Assembly (NCBI GenBank): GCA_963813155.1
Contig: CAWEYG010000002.1
Coordinates: 704,001-768,000, forward strand
Reading direction: 5' to 3'
Length of the DNA stretch: 64,000 nt
From: an uncultured Acidobacteriota bacterium
GTDB taxonomy: Bacteria > Acidobacteriota > Thermoanaerobaculia > UBA5066 > DATFVB01
How positions within the stretch are numbered: position 1 is the first letter of the stretch; every line of letters starts with the position of its first letter. The notes beneath the pieces were generated by a model. The model worked only from the letters and a program-made list of their open reading frames with translations. It was not told the origin of the DNA and ran no database searches. Of the stretch, positions 36,561 through 45,207 are shown in pieces. Made by a program: the position numbers and the translations under genes.

Positions 36561-37841
36561 ATGGTCTCAGTGAAGGTTCTATTGGTCGGCTCCGGTGGAC
36601 GCGAGCACGCGCTTGCGGCGGCCCTCCGGGCGAGCCCGAGCGTCACCGAACTTTTTGCCGCGCCGGGAAACGCGGGAATCGCGAAGATCGCCGACGTGGT
36701 TCCCATCTCGCCGGCATCGGTCGTCGAGCTCGCGGACTTCGCCGGCCGCGTCAACATCGACCTCACCGTGATCGGCCCCGAGCTTCCCCTCTCGCTGGGC
36801 GTCGTCGACGAGTTCCAGAAGCGGGGCCTCCTCGTCTTCGGGCCGACGCGCCTTGCGACCGAGGTCGAGGCCTCGAAGATCTACTCCAAGGAGCTTTGCC
36901 GGCGCAACGGAATCCCGACGGCTCGCGCGCAAGTCGCCTCTTCGCTCGCCGAGGCGAAGGCGGCGCTCTCCGAGATCGGATTTCCGGCCGTGCTCAAGGC
37001 GGACGGACTCGCCGCGGGGAAAGGCGTCATCACCGTCACCGACGCCGACGAAGCAAAGCGAGCCCTCGACCTGTTTTTCCAGGAGAAGGTCTTCGGCGCC
37101 TCTGGCGATCGCATCCTGGTCGAGGAATTCCTCGAAGGCGAGGAAGTCTCGCTTCTCGCCCTGTGCGACGGAAGGGTCGCGCTCGCGCTTCCGACGGCGA
37201 AGGACTACAAGAAGGTGTTCGACGGCGACCGCGGCCCGAACACGGGCGGAATGGGGGCGCATTCCCCGTCCGGCGTTCTCGGAGCCGAACAGGCCGCCGG
37301 GATCCTGCGGGACATCGTCCACCCGGCGCTCTCGGGAATGGCCCAGGAAGGTCGGGAGTTCCGCGGACTCCTCTACACCGGCCTGATCCTCGGGAAGTCG
37401 GGCCCGAAAGTCCTTGAATTCAACGCCCGATTCGGCGATCCCGAAACCGAAGCGATCCTTCCCCGGCTCGATTCGGACCTCGGCGAGGCCCTCGCGGCGT
37501 GCGCGCGGGGAACCCTTTCCGAGATCGACCTCGCCTGGAAGGCCGAGGCGTGCGTCGCGGTCGTCCTCGCCGCATCGGGGTACCCGGGGAGCTACCAGAC
37601 CGGGCACCCGATCGAGGGGATCGAGAAAGCCGAGGAAGTGGGAGGGGTGAGCGTCTTTCACTCCGGAACGGCGCTTCGGGACGGCCGGGTCGTCACCGCC
37701 GGGGGACGCGTTCTCGTCGTCGCGGGGCGGGGTGCAACGCTCGCCGATGCCGCCCGCCAGGCGTACGCTGGCGTCGACCGGATCTCCTTTGCTGGCAAGA
37801 GCTACCGAACGGATATCGGGGCGCGCTTCTCCCACAATTGA
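36561..37841 (+). CDS. purD: Phosphoribosylamine--glycine ligase
   Basis: GSGGREHA, PGNAG, KADGLAAGKGV, EEFLEGEEVS, GPNTGGMGA, EFNARFGDPE and GGRVL motifs; start could be GTG 36570. Confidence 0.97.
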   Translation: MVSVKVLLVGSGGREHALAAALRASPSVTELFAAPGNAGIAKIADVVPISPASVVELADFAGRVNIDLTVIGPELPLSLGVVDEFQKRGLLVFGPTRLATEVEASKIYSKELCRRNGIPTARAQVASSLAEAKAALSEIGFPAVLKADGLAAGKGVITVTDADEAKRALDLFFQEKVFGASGDRILVEEFLEGEEVSLLALCDGRVALALPTAKDYKKVFDGDRGPNTGGMGAHSPSGVLGAEQAAGILRDIVHPALSGMAQEGREFRGLLYTGLILGKSGPKVLEFNARFGDPETEAILPRLDSDLGEALAACARGTLSEIDLAWKAEACVAVVLAASGYPGSYQTGHPIEGIEKAEEVGGVSVFHSGTALRDGRVVTAGGRVLVVAGRGATLADAARQAYAGVDRISFAGKSYRTDIGARFSHN

Positions 37842-37911
37842 TTCCCGGGCCGGGCTTCACTAGAATCGGGTTCCAACGATCTACTACCAGATCAAAAAAG
37901 AGGAGGACTCC

Positions 37912-38250
37912 ATGAAGAAATCGATCCTTGCAATCCTGGGCGCCGCGGCACTGGCGGCGACGGCTTCCCTGGCCCTTGCGGCCGACTCGATGACCGGATG
38001 GGTCACCGAAGCCCACTGCGGCGCCAAGGGCGCTGCCGCCAGCCACAAAGAGTGCGGCGCGAAGTGCGTCAAAGAGGGCCAGAAAGTCGCCTTCTATGAC
38101 AACGCCACCAAAAAGGTCATGAATTTCGACGCCGACTGCCAGAAGCCGATGGAAGGCATGATGGCCCAGGAAGTGACGCTCTCCGGCGTGTCGATGAAGG
38201 ACGGAATGGTCCACGCGACCAAGGCCGAGCCCGTCGCCGCCAAGAAGTAA
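37912..38250 (+). CDS. Small secreted Cys/His/Met-containing hypothetical protein
   Basis: Strong SD GAGGAGG; signal peptide; TGWVTEAHCG...HKECGAKC; followed by a terminator. Confidence 0.8.
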   Translation: MKKSILAILGAAALAATASLALAADSMTGWVTEAHCGAKGAAASHKECGAKCVKEGQKVAFYDNATKKVMNFDADCQKPMEGMMAQEVTLSGVSMKDGMVHATKAEPVAAKK

Positions 38251-38274
38251 CTCCAGAAACCGTTCCGGTTACCG

Positions 38275-38302
38275 AAAAACGGGGCGAAAGCCCCGTTTTT
38301 TA
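38275..38302. terminator. Bidirectional intrinsic terminator
   Basis: AAAAACGGGGC-GAAA-GCCCCGTTTTTT. Confidence 0.9.
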
Positions 38303-38310
38303 TTGCGCCG

Positions 38311-38576
38311 GGGCTTCGCTCAGGGATGCGGCGTGCGGGAGGTGCGCGAGCGAGGGAATCGGTGTCTAAGGCGCCGTCTCGGCGCCGACTGAAGGTGGCG
38401 GCTCGAAGACCGACGAGCGCGAAACCGGAGGAAACCTCCGCTGTTCACTCCGCAGCGGTCGGCGCAAGGCGACGAGCTGCGATTCCCGAAGGAGCGAGCC
38501 ACCTCCCGAAACGTTCTCTACGCGAGCGCCGAGGACCCGCGCGGGGCTCAGACCGCGACCGTTGGCGAGCGAGCCC
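38311..38576 (+). ncRNA. Candidate structured RNA or structured repeat element
   Basis: Nested complementary segments: 38336-38344/38500-38508, 38354-38361/38480-38487, 38398-38405/38473-38480, 38408-38412/38456-38460, plus two internal hairpins. Confidence 0.4.
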
Positions 38577-38945
38577 TTACACCGCGAAGAGCGGCCGGAT
38601 GACCTTCGGGTTCTCCTGCCAGACGTACTTGTAGCCCGGGAACTCGATCGTGATCTGGTAGTGGGCTTCCACGAAGACGTTCGAGCCGTCGCGATGGACG
38701 ACGATGTCTTCTTTTTTCAACGGGAGCTGGAGGTCCTGGGCCTTCTGGAAGAGCTCGTTTTGAATGCTCTTGTCGCCTTTGATGCTTCCGAACTGCGCCT
38801 GCTCTTCCATCGCGTCGAAGAATTGAGACGTTCGCATCTTCACGGGAACGACCTTGGAGAGCACGAGCACGACCGCCGCGAGAAGAATGAGCCAGATGAA
38901 ACAACCGGCTCGCCCAGTCCCCGAGATCGACCTGCGTGCTCGCAT
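38577..38945 (-). CDS. DUF4845-like membrane-anchored protein downstream of lepB
   Basis: Pilin-like N-terminus GRAGCFIWLILL, single TM; position after lepB is typical. Confidence 0.6.
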   Translation of the reverse strand: MRARRSISGTGRAGCFIWLILLAAVVLVLSKVVPVKMRTSQFFDAMEEQAQFGSIKGDKSIQNELFQKAQDLQLPLKKEDIVVHRDGSNVFVEAHYQITIEFPGYKYVWQENPKVIRPLFAV

Positions 38946-38957
38946 CGTGTTGGCCCC

Positions 38958-39665
38958 CTACCTCACCATTCGAAACGTGCGGTCCCACCGGGTGCGAGTA
39001 AAAAAGTGGAGCGCGACGCCGGCCAGTCGCCCGAACTTGTCCGCATAACCGCGCCACTCCGCGGAATCCGGCTCGGCCTCGTAGGACCAGTATACCAAAA
39101 GAGCCCGTCCTTTGATGTTGTCGCGCGGCACGGGCCCCCAGAAACGGGAATCGTACGAGTTGTCCCGGTTGTCTCCCATCGCCAGGAATCGGTCGGGCGG
39201 AATCACGATCGGCCCAAAGTTGTCGCGCTTGCGCGAGAGCTCGGGAAGCGCCGGGTCCGAGGGCCAGACGTGCGGATCGGTGTGGTACGTGTGCTTTTCG
39301 GAGAACGGCTCCCCGTTGACGGAAACGGTCTTGTCCCGCTCTTCGACCCGGTCGCCGGGAAGCGCGACGAGGCGTTTGATGAAGTCCCGGTCCGGGCTGT
39401 CGGGAAACTTGAAGACGAAGACGTCGCCCCGTCTCGGCGCCCGGTAGGGTAGGAGCTTCTCGAGGAAACCGCCGGCGTGGGGGGCGTAGATGAATTTGTT
39501 GACGAGCATGTGATCGCCGATCAACACGGTTTTTTCCATCGATCCGCTCGGAACCTGAAAGGCCTGAAAAACGAAGGTCCGCACGAACAGCGCGAAGATC
39601 ACCGCGACGAGGATGGCTTCGTAGTATTCGCGGGCGAGAGATTGTTTACGGCGGACCGCAGTCAC
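38958..39665 (-). CDS. lepB: Signal peptidase I
   Basis: VPSGSM (catalytic Ser), GDHMLVNK, RGDV, FIKRL (catalytic Lys), GDNRDNSYDSRFWG; GTG start 7 nt after TATAAT. Confidence 0.95.
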   Translation of the reverse strand: MTAVRRKQSLAREYYEAILVAVIFALFVRTFVFQAFQVPSGSMEKTVLIGDHMLVNKFIYAPHAGGFLEKLLPYRAPRRGDVFVFKFPDSPDRDFIKRLVALPGDRVEERDKTVSVNGEPFSEKHTYHTDPHVWPSDPALPELSRKRDNFGPIVIPPDRFLAMGDNRDNSYDSRFWGPVPRDNIKGRALLVYWSYEAEPDSAEWRGYADKFGRLAGVALHFFTRTRWDRTFRMVR

Positions 39666-39733
39666 GCGCGGCATTATACGGGGCGGGGCTCGAAAGTCCA
39701 TTTCGGCGGGCGGCTTTCGAAGATAATGACGCG

Positions 39734-41218
39734 GTGATCCCGTTCGAACGAATGCCCGGATTGCCGCCCCTGTTCCTTCGATACGTCCGCGGCGGGGCCC
39801 GCGACTTCCTGCCCGTCGAGCCCGCCCTGCAGGCGGTGGAAGTCCGCGCCCGGGAGCTTTCGGCCGGCGGCGGGCGAGTCTGGATCGCGGCGGGCCAGCA
39901 GGCGAGCCTCTTCACCGGCCCCCTCTATTCGCTGACGAAGGCCGCGGCGGCGACCCGGACGGCGGAACAGGTGTCGAAGAGCGGAACGAGCGTCCGCGGC
40001 CTCTTCTGGATCGCAACCGAAGACCACGACCTCGAGGAAATCTCCCGGGTCACGCTTCTCGGGGAGAAGGGGCCGGAGACGTTCCGCCTCGAGAAGCCCG
40101 CCGAGAAGAATTTCCACCCCTCCGGGACGGTCCCGATCCCCGCCGACATCCGGAGCGTTTTCCAGGCCCTGCGGGGCACTCCGGGCCCGGCGAACCCGGA
40201 GATCGTGGAGGCGTTCGAACGCCTCTGGTCGCCCGGAAGAACGTTCGGAGAAGCCTTCCGGGACACGATGCAGCGCCTCCTGCCGAACGCGGAACTCGAA
40301 TGGGTCGACCCCCTCGAAGCGCGGTGGCGAGAACGAAAGCTCGAGTTCTTCCGCCGCGCCCTGCGGTGCGCCCCGGAAATCGTCTCGGCGCTCGACGCCG
40401 CCGACTCGCGGCTTCGAGCGGCGGGATTCTCTCCGCAGGTCGCGCGCGCGGAGCGCGATTTTCCCTGCTTCCTCATCGAAGGGGGCATCCGCCGAAAGAT
40501 CTCTTTCGACGGATCGCGCTTTGCCGTGCACGGAGACGAGCGAAAGTACTCGGCGAACGAGCTCGCGGACCACGCGGAAAAGGACGGTCCCGAGCCGTCG
40601 CCCGCAGCCCTCCTGCGGCCGGTCCTCCAATCGTGGCTCTTCCCGGTCGCGGCCGAGATCCTCGGCCCCGCCGAGCTCGCCTACCACGCGCAATCGGCGC
40701 CCCTCTTTCCGATTTTCGGCCTCGCCCTGCCCGTTCTTCTTCCCCGCCCGCATCTCCTGCCCCGGGGCGCCCGAGAACGGCGCGCTCAGGAGGCGCTCGA
40801 GATTCCGGACGCGGAGATCTTCCGGGCGCGCGAAGCGGCCCGGGGAGAAGGCACTCCCGCGGCGCGGCGACTGACCGACCTCGACTCGCGGATCGCTGCC
40901 GAGCTCTCCGCCCTGGCGCCCGACATCGGCTCGGTCGACCCGACGCTCTCGCCCGTGCTCGCCGGAGCCGCCGAGAAGATCTCGCACCAGATCGGGCGCG
41001 TGCGGGAGAAAGTCGAGAAGGCAGCCGAACGGCGCGACGAAGAGAAAAATCGCCGGCTGGAAGCCATCGAGCACACTCTGGCGCCCGGGGGAGCTCCCGC
41101 GGACCGCGTCTATTCCCCGCTGACCTACCTGCTGAGGTTCGGCGAAGCGTTCGTCCCGGGGATCCTCGCCGGCGCCGAAAGCCGTCTCGACGGCGCCTCT
41201 TTCGTGGACTTCTCATGA
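39734..41218 (+). CDS. bshC: Bacillithiol biosynthesis cysteine-adding enzyme
   Basis: GQQASLFTGPLYSLTKA, FWIATEDHDLEEI, SPAALLRP and GPAELAYHAQ motifs; operon with bshB1 and bshA. Confidence 0.88.
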   Translation: MIPFERMPGLPPLFLRYVRGGARDFLPVEPALQAVEVRARELSAGGGRVWIAAGQQASLFTGPLYSLTKAAAATRTAEQVSKSGTSVRGLFWIATEDHDLEEISRVTLLGEKGPETFRLEKPAEKNFHPSGTVPIPADIRSVFQALRGTPGPANPEIVEAFERLWSPGRTFGEAFRDTMQRLLPNAELEWVDPLEARWRERKLEFFRRALRCAPEIVSALDAADSRLRAAGFSPQVARAERDFPCFLIEGGIRRKISFDGSRFAVHGDERKYSANELADHAEKDGPEPSPAALLRPVLQSWLFPVAAEILGPAELAYHAQSAPLFPIFGLALPVLLPRPHLLPRGARERRAQEALEIPDAEIFRAREAARGEGTPAARRLTDLDSRIAAELSALAPDIGSVDPTLSPVLAGAAEKISHQIGRVREKVEKAAERRDEEKNRRLEAIEHTLAPGGAPADRVYSPLTYLLRFGEAFVPGILAGAESRLDGASFVDFS

Positions 41219-41940
41219 AAGTCGACGTCCTGGCGATCGCCGCGCACCCCGACGACGTCGAAATGTGCTGCGCCGGAACGCTCGCCAAGCTGCGCCTTCG
41301 GGGAAAGAGCTTCGGGATACTGGATCTGACGCGCGGAGAGATGGGGACGCGGGGGACCGCGGAGGTCCGCGACCGCGAAGCGCGCCGCGCGGCCGACATA
41401 CTCGGCGCCGCCGTCCGGGAGAACCTCGATTTGGGCGACGGCGCGCTGCGAACCGGCCGCGACGAGGAAGACCTCCTCATCGACGCGATCCGGCGTTTTC
41501 GGCCCCGGATCATCCTGACCTCCTACTTCGAGGACCGCCACCCGGACCACGCGCGGTGCGGACGGCTCGTCGCCGATGCGGCGTTCTACGCGGGGCTGCG
41601 AAAGCGGGAGACCGCGCACCCGGCCCACCGGCCGCAGCAGGTCCTGTTCTTCTCGACGATGCACTACCACGAGCCGACGTTCGTCGTCGACGTGAGCGAG
41701 ACGCACGCGTTGAAAATGGAGGCCGTGCGCGCGTTCGCCTCCCAATTCCACAACCCCGATTCTTCCGAGCCGGAGACGATGCTCACGGCGGAGAAGTTCC
41801 TGAAGGAAATCGAAGCGAGGGCGAGGCACTTCGGCCAGATGACGGGGGTCGAGTTCGGCGAAGGGTTCATCTCCCGCCGGCCTCCTCGGATCGCCGACAT
41901 TCTCGAGGCCTTCGAGGGGTACGAGCCGGGATTCGAGTGA
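41215..41940 (+). CDS. bshB1: N-acetylglucosaminyl-malate deacetylase (PIG-L family)
   Basis: AHPDDVE, DLTRGEMGTRG, DRHPDH and GEGF motifs. Confidence 0.92.
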   Translation: MKVDVLAIAAHPDDVEMCCAGTLAKLRLRGKSFGILDLTRGEMGTRGTAEVRDREARRAADILGAAVRENLDLGDGALRTGRDEEDLLIDAIRRFRPRIILTSYFEDRHPDHARCGRLVADAAFYAGLRKRETAHPAHRPQQVLFFSTMHYHEPTFVVDVSETHALKMEAVRAFASQFHNPDSSEPETMLTAEKFLKEIEARARHFGQMTGVEFGEGFISRRPPRIADILEAFEGYEPGFE

Positions 41941-41947
41941 GGACGGA

Positions 41948-43072
41948 ATGAGGATCGGGATCGCGTGCTATCCGACCTTCGGCGGCAGCGGCGTCGTCGC
42001 GACGGAGCTCGGCCTCGCGCTCGCCGCGCGAGGACACCAGATCCACATCCTCTCGTACAATCGCCCGTCGAGGCTGCCCGATTTCACCCCGGGCGTGACG
42101 TACCATCAGGTCTCCGCGCCGAGCTATCCGCTCTTCGTGTCGCCCCCCTACACGCTCGCCCTCGCGACGAAAATGGCCGACGTCGCCGAGCACGCGCCCC
42201 TCGACCTTCTGCACGTCCACTACGCGCTGCCGCACGCGATCTCGGCGATCCTCGCGCGGCAGATGCGCGAGCCCTCCCGGCTCGCGGTCGTCACGACGCT
42301 GCACGGAACCGACATCACGCTCGTCGGGCAGGACCAGTCCTATCTCCCGATCACCCGCTTTGCGATCGAGAAGAGCGACGCGGCCACGGCCGTCTCCGGG
42401 TACCTGCGCGACGTGACGATCGCGCAATTCGGAATTCGCCGTTCGATCGACGTGGTTCCGAATTTCGTCGACGGCGAGCGCTACCGGCCCGACGCCGCGT
42501 CGACGTGGGCCCGCGGCTTCAAAAAGAACGGCGAAGCCCTGCTCGTCCACATCTCGAATTTCCGCCCGGTCAAGCGCGTCGGGGACGTGATCGAGATCTT
42601 CGACCGGGTGCAGAAGAACATCCCCGCCCGGCTGCTTCTCGTCGGCGACGGCCCCGACCGCGCGCTCGTGGAGCGGCTCTGCCGCGAGAAGGGCATCTGC
42701 GAGCTCGTCCATTTCCTCGGCAACCTGACGGCCGTCGAGACGCTCCTCCCGGTCTGCGATCTCCTGCTGCTCACTTCCGACCGCGAATCGTTCGGTCTGT
42801 CCGCGCTCGAGGCGATGGCCTGCGGCGTTCCGGTCGTCGGCACCGATGCCGGCGGCCTTCCGGAGGTCGTCGAAAACGCGGTCTCCGGGTTCCTGCGTCC
42901 GATCGGGGACGTGGACGGAATGGCCCAGGACGCTCTCGCCCTGCTTTCCGATCCGGACCGGCGGGCCGAGTTTTCGCGCGCCGCCCGAAAGCGCGCCGTC
43001 GAGGTCTTCCCGGAAGATCGCGCGGTTGCGCAGTACCTCGAGGTTTACAAGCGCGCGCTCGAATCCGGGTGA
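41948..43072 (+). CDS. bshA: N-acetyl-alpha-D-glucosaminyl L-malate synthase
   Basis: CYPTFGGSGVVATELG, HVHYALPHA, TTLHGTDITLVG, HISNFRPVKR and ESFGLSALEAM motifs. Confidence 0.96.
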   Translation: MRIGIACYPTFGGSGVVATELGLALAARGHQIHILSYNRPSRLPDFTPGVTYHQVSAPSYPLFVSPPYTLALATKMADVAEHAPLDLLHVHYALPHAISAILARQMREPSRLAVVTTLHGTDITLVGQDQSYLPITRFAIEKSDAATAVSGYLRDVTIAQFGIRRSIDVVPNFVDGERYRPDAASTWARGFKKNGEALLVHISNFRPVKRVGDVIEIFDRVQKNIPARLLLVGDGPDRALVERLCREKGICELVHFLGNLTAVETLLPVCDLLLLTSDRESFGLSALEAMACGVPVVGTDAGGLPEVVENAVSGFLRPIGDVDGMAQDALALLSDPDRRAEFSRAARKRAVEVFPEDRAVAQYLEVYKRALESG

Positions 43073-43674
43073 CCGGCGACTCGCGGCTCGTTCCCGCGCG
43101 CGCCGGCGAAAGCGAGGTCCGCGAAAAGGCTTCGAAGTTTCTCGGGCACGCCATCCGGGTCCGATCCGACGAAGAGGCCAGGGAATTCGTCGCCGCGCTC
43201 GGGAAGACCTTCCATGATTCGACCCACGTCTGCTTCGCCTGGGCGATCGGGAGCCGGAGCCGCGCCGCCGACAACGGCGAACCGGCCGGGACCGCCGGAA
43301 AGCCGATCCTGGCCGCCATCCGGGCGGCTGGCCTGGACGAGGCGTGCGTCGCCGTCGTGCGCTACTTCGGGGGCACAAAGCTCGGGACGGCGGGACTCGT
43401 CCGCTGCTACCGGGAAGCGGCGCGACTGGCCCTCGACAGCTCGGGACGGGAAGAGGTCCTCGACACCGACATTCTCGGCGTGGTCGTTCCGTACGAAAAG
43501 ATCTCGCTCGTCAAGTCCCTGCTCGACCCCCCGCATGTCGTGCTCGTCGAGGAAAGCTTCTCCGACGTCGCGCAATTTCAACTCCGGGTGCGCAAGAGCC
43601 GCGTGGGACAGCTGCGACAACGCCTGGACGAACTCGGGATCCCGCGAGCGAGTCCCGAGAGCGGCCGGGGCTAA
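43069..43674 (+). CDS. YigZ/IMPACT family protein
   Basis: EKASKF, THVCFAW, DNGEPAGTAGKPIL and RYFGGTKLGTAGL motifs; GTG overlaps the bshA stop. Confidence 0.9.
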   Translation: MTGDSRLVPARAGESEVREKASKFLGHAIRVRSDEEAREFVAALGKTFHDSTHVCFAWAIGSRSRAADNGEPAGTAGKPILAAIRAAGLDEACVAVVRYFGGTKLGTAGLVRCYREAARLALDSSGREEVLDTDILGVVVPYEKISLVKSLLDPPHVVLVEESFSDVAQFQLRVRKSRVGQLRQRLDELGIPRASPESGRG

Positions 43675-43675
43675 C

Positions 43676-43818
43676 GCGCCGGAGCTGGAACGGCGGGTGG
43701 CGCGGGAGGAGACCCCCTTTTGCCGCTCGCGGCGCGGAGTCGTAGCAAAGTCCTCAAACCGCAGCGAGCGGAAAAGCGGGGCGAGTCCCGCGACAGGACC
43801 CGCTCGCCGAGCCGGCGC
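43676..43818 (+). other. Long imperfect inverted repeat between convergent genes
   Basis: Nested pairs GCGCCGG/CCGGCGC, GCGGGT/ACCCGC, CGCGGGA/TCCCGCG, CCCC-TTTT/AAAA-GGGG and CCGCTCGC/GCGAGCGG. Confidence 0.6.
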
Positions 43819-43849
43819 TGGGGCCAGGCCGCGAAAGGGCCGAGCGAAC

Positions 43850-44773
43850 CTACTTTCCGAACCTCGCCTTCCACGCGCACTTCTGCATCGCCTCGATCGC
43901 GCCGGCGGAAAGCCCGAGCTCGGTCCGCGCGCGGCGATACTCCTCGACCGTCGTCGTTCCGAAAATCGAGGGATCGTCGGCGGAGAGGCACACGGAAACC
44001 CCCGCGTCGAGCAGGCGCGGAAGAGGATGCCGTTTCCAGCTCGCGGCGACTCCAGTTGCGACGTTCGAGCTCGGCGCCACGCACAGCGTCACGCCGCTGC
44101 GCGCGAGCCGGGCGAGCAGGCGCGCGTCTTCCACGGCGCGCACCCCGTGATCGATGCGTTGCGGAGAAAGCTCGTCGAGCGCCTCTTCGACCGATTCCGG
44201 CCCCGCCCACTCGCCCGCGTGAATCGCCGTCGAGAGCCCGAGCCGCCGGGCGCGCTCGTAGACCCTTCGAAACTCCCTCGCGGGAACCGAGGCTTCGTCG
44301 CCGCCAATCCCGAAGCCGACGATGCGGGCGAGCCGCGTTTTCTCGTAGACGTCCAGCACGCGCTCGGCCGCGTCGCTCCCCCACTGGCGGACCGAATCCA
44401 GGAGGAGGAGCAACCGCGCGCCGGTCTCCTTTTCCACCTCCGCGAGCGCGGCGTCGACCCCTTCCAGCACGGAGAGCCGGTCGAGGCCGAACCGCGCCCA
44501 GATCTCGGGCGATACGTAGATTTCCGCGTGCTTCAGATTCCGCGCGAGCTCGCGGCCGACGGCACCCGCGGCTTCGGCGTAGTCCCCGGGCGAATGGAAG
44601 ACGCGGCAGCAATCGGCGAAAAGCCGCAGAAACGAGCCCGCCTGGCGCGACCGCGCGAGCGCCGTCTCGAACGCGCCGGCCGCGCCGAACGCGTGCTCGT
44701 TCTTCCCCGCGAGGCGGACGAGCGTTTCCCGCGGCACCGACCCTTCGAAGTGAAGGTGAAGATCGGCTAGCAT
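43850..44773 (-). CDS. Adenosine/adenine deaminase family protein
   Basis: DLHLHFEGS, IHAGE, RIDHG, PSSN and ADDPSIF motifs. Confidence 0.9.
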   Translation of the reverse strand: MLADLHLHFEGSVPRETLVRLAGKNEHAFGAAGAFETALARSRQAGSFLRLFADCCRVFHSPGDYAEAAGAVGRELARNLKHAEIYVSPEIWARFGLDRLSVLEGVDAALAEVEKETGARLLLLLDSVRQWGSDAAERVLDVYEKTRLARIVGFGIGGDEASVPAREFRRVYERARRLGLSTAIHAGEWAGPESVEEALDELSPQRIDHGVRAVEDARLLARLARSGVTLCVAPSSNVATGVAASWKRHPLPRLLDAGVSVCLSADDPSIFGTTTVEEYRRARTELGLSAGAIEAMQKCAWKARFGK

Positions 44774-44780
44774 CTTCGGG

Positions 44781-45167
44781 GTGGGACGACTCCGCGCGCT
44801 TTCGCTCGCTCTCGACGCCGTGATCTTCGCGTTCCTCGTGGACGCGCCGGCCCTCGTCGCGACGGGCGTGGCCTTCCTCTTCTTCCCGGATGCCCGGCTC
44901 TTCGAGATCGGCGCTCTCGCCTTCATTCTCTTTCTCCTCGTCTTCCTCGCGCGCGACGTCCGGGGAGGATTCTCCCGCAAGTGGCTCGGATTCAAAATCG
45001 AGGACGAACAGGGTCGCCCGCCCGGCTGGATCCGCTCGTTCCTCCGGAACCTGCCGCTCGTCGTTCCCGGGTGGAACGTCTGGGAGGCGGTCTTCGTGCT
45101 TCGCCATGGAGACCAGCCCCGGCCGATCGACCGGCTCCTGGGGCTGCGATTCCGGGAGATGCCGTGA
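44781..45167 (+). CDS. RDD-family membrane protein
   Basis: R..SLALD, two TMs, KWLGFKI, SFLRN and IDRL motifs. Confidence 0.7.
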   Translation: MGRLRALSLALDAVIFAFLVDAPALVATGVAFLFFPDARLFEIGALAFILFLLVFLARDVRGGFSRKWLGFKIEDEQGRPPGWIRSFLRNLPLVVPGWNVWEAVFVLRHGDQPRPIDRLLGLRFREMP

Positions 45168-45207
45168 ACTTTTCCCCCCCAATCTCGTTTGTGGAAGCGA
45201 GGCACAA

